A stretch of DNA of 64,000 nucleotides, taken from positions 6,014,001 to 6,078,000 of the forward strand of contig CM052823.1 of assembly GCA_028534125.1 (NCBI GenBank). The letters run 5' to 3'. The position numbers and the translations under genes were made by a program. This DNA is from Lama glama. Taxonomy: Eukaryota. The stretch's first letter is position 1, and every line of letters starts with the position of its first letter. The notes under the pieces were generated by a model. It saw only the letters and a list, made by a program, of their open reading frames with translations, was not told where the DNA came from and searched no databases. Shown here in pieces: positions 63,871 through 64,000 of the stretch.

Positions 63871-64000
63871 TTTCCTGTTTCAGCTAATAGACTGAAGATG
63901 AGTGGAAGGCAAGACGGGTGTCGTGTTCATCCCTGTGAAGCACTATTGCAGGGAAGGAGAAACGCCATGACCACGGAAGATTAATGGAGATTACCCACAG

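Noticed and set aside
1-64000. Protein-coding genes from the ORF track
   Set aside because: The ORFs are short, many start at non-ATG codons, none shows a recognisable host-protein domain, and no consistent coding exon chain is visible
1-64000. Window-wide AP-1 enrichment
   Set aside because: About 14 TGA(C/G)TCA sites were spotted by eye against roughly 8 expected by chance, which is not convincing outside the 34-kb cluster
1-64000. Known miRNA, snoRNA, rRNA, CRISPR array or prokaryotic system; naming the locus
   Set aside because: No recalled mature miRNA or structural RNA matched, there is no repeat-spacer array, the sequence is clearly mammalian, and I cannot identify the locus without alignment

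Overview
This is gene-poor mammalian DNA (intergenic or deep intronic), most likely from a camelid. The basis is a tRNA-Ala(AGC)-derived Vic-1-like SINE, artiodactyl-type L1 3' UTRs, and no recognisable Alu, Bov-A/BovB or PRE-1. No protein-coding gene can be supported. The ORF track contains only L1 ORF2 C-terminal remnants, microsatellite or N-gap artefacts and chance ORFs. Much of the window is interspersed repeat: MIR, L2, L3/CR1, old L1M, younger artiodactyl L1 copies with target-site duplications (TSDs), MLT1/MLT2 LTRs, a MER41-like ERV1 solo LTR, Tigger13a/15a-like elements and MER58A/B. There are six short N gaps. The most interesting unique sequence lies around a small CpG island at about 28.1 kb. 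To its left are candidate minus-strand non-coding exons, one (20484-20721) holding a 20-bp stem hairpin. To its right is a candidate plus-strand exon with a strong-Kozak ATG (29769-29870). Together these suggest a possible bidirectional promoter/enhancer with unannotated spliced transcripts, plus several enhancer-like motif clusters. This is a hypothesis from motifs only; I see no direct evidence of a new biological system. Repeat family names are from recalled consensus sequences, and boundaries of old repeats are approximate.
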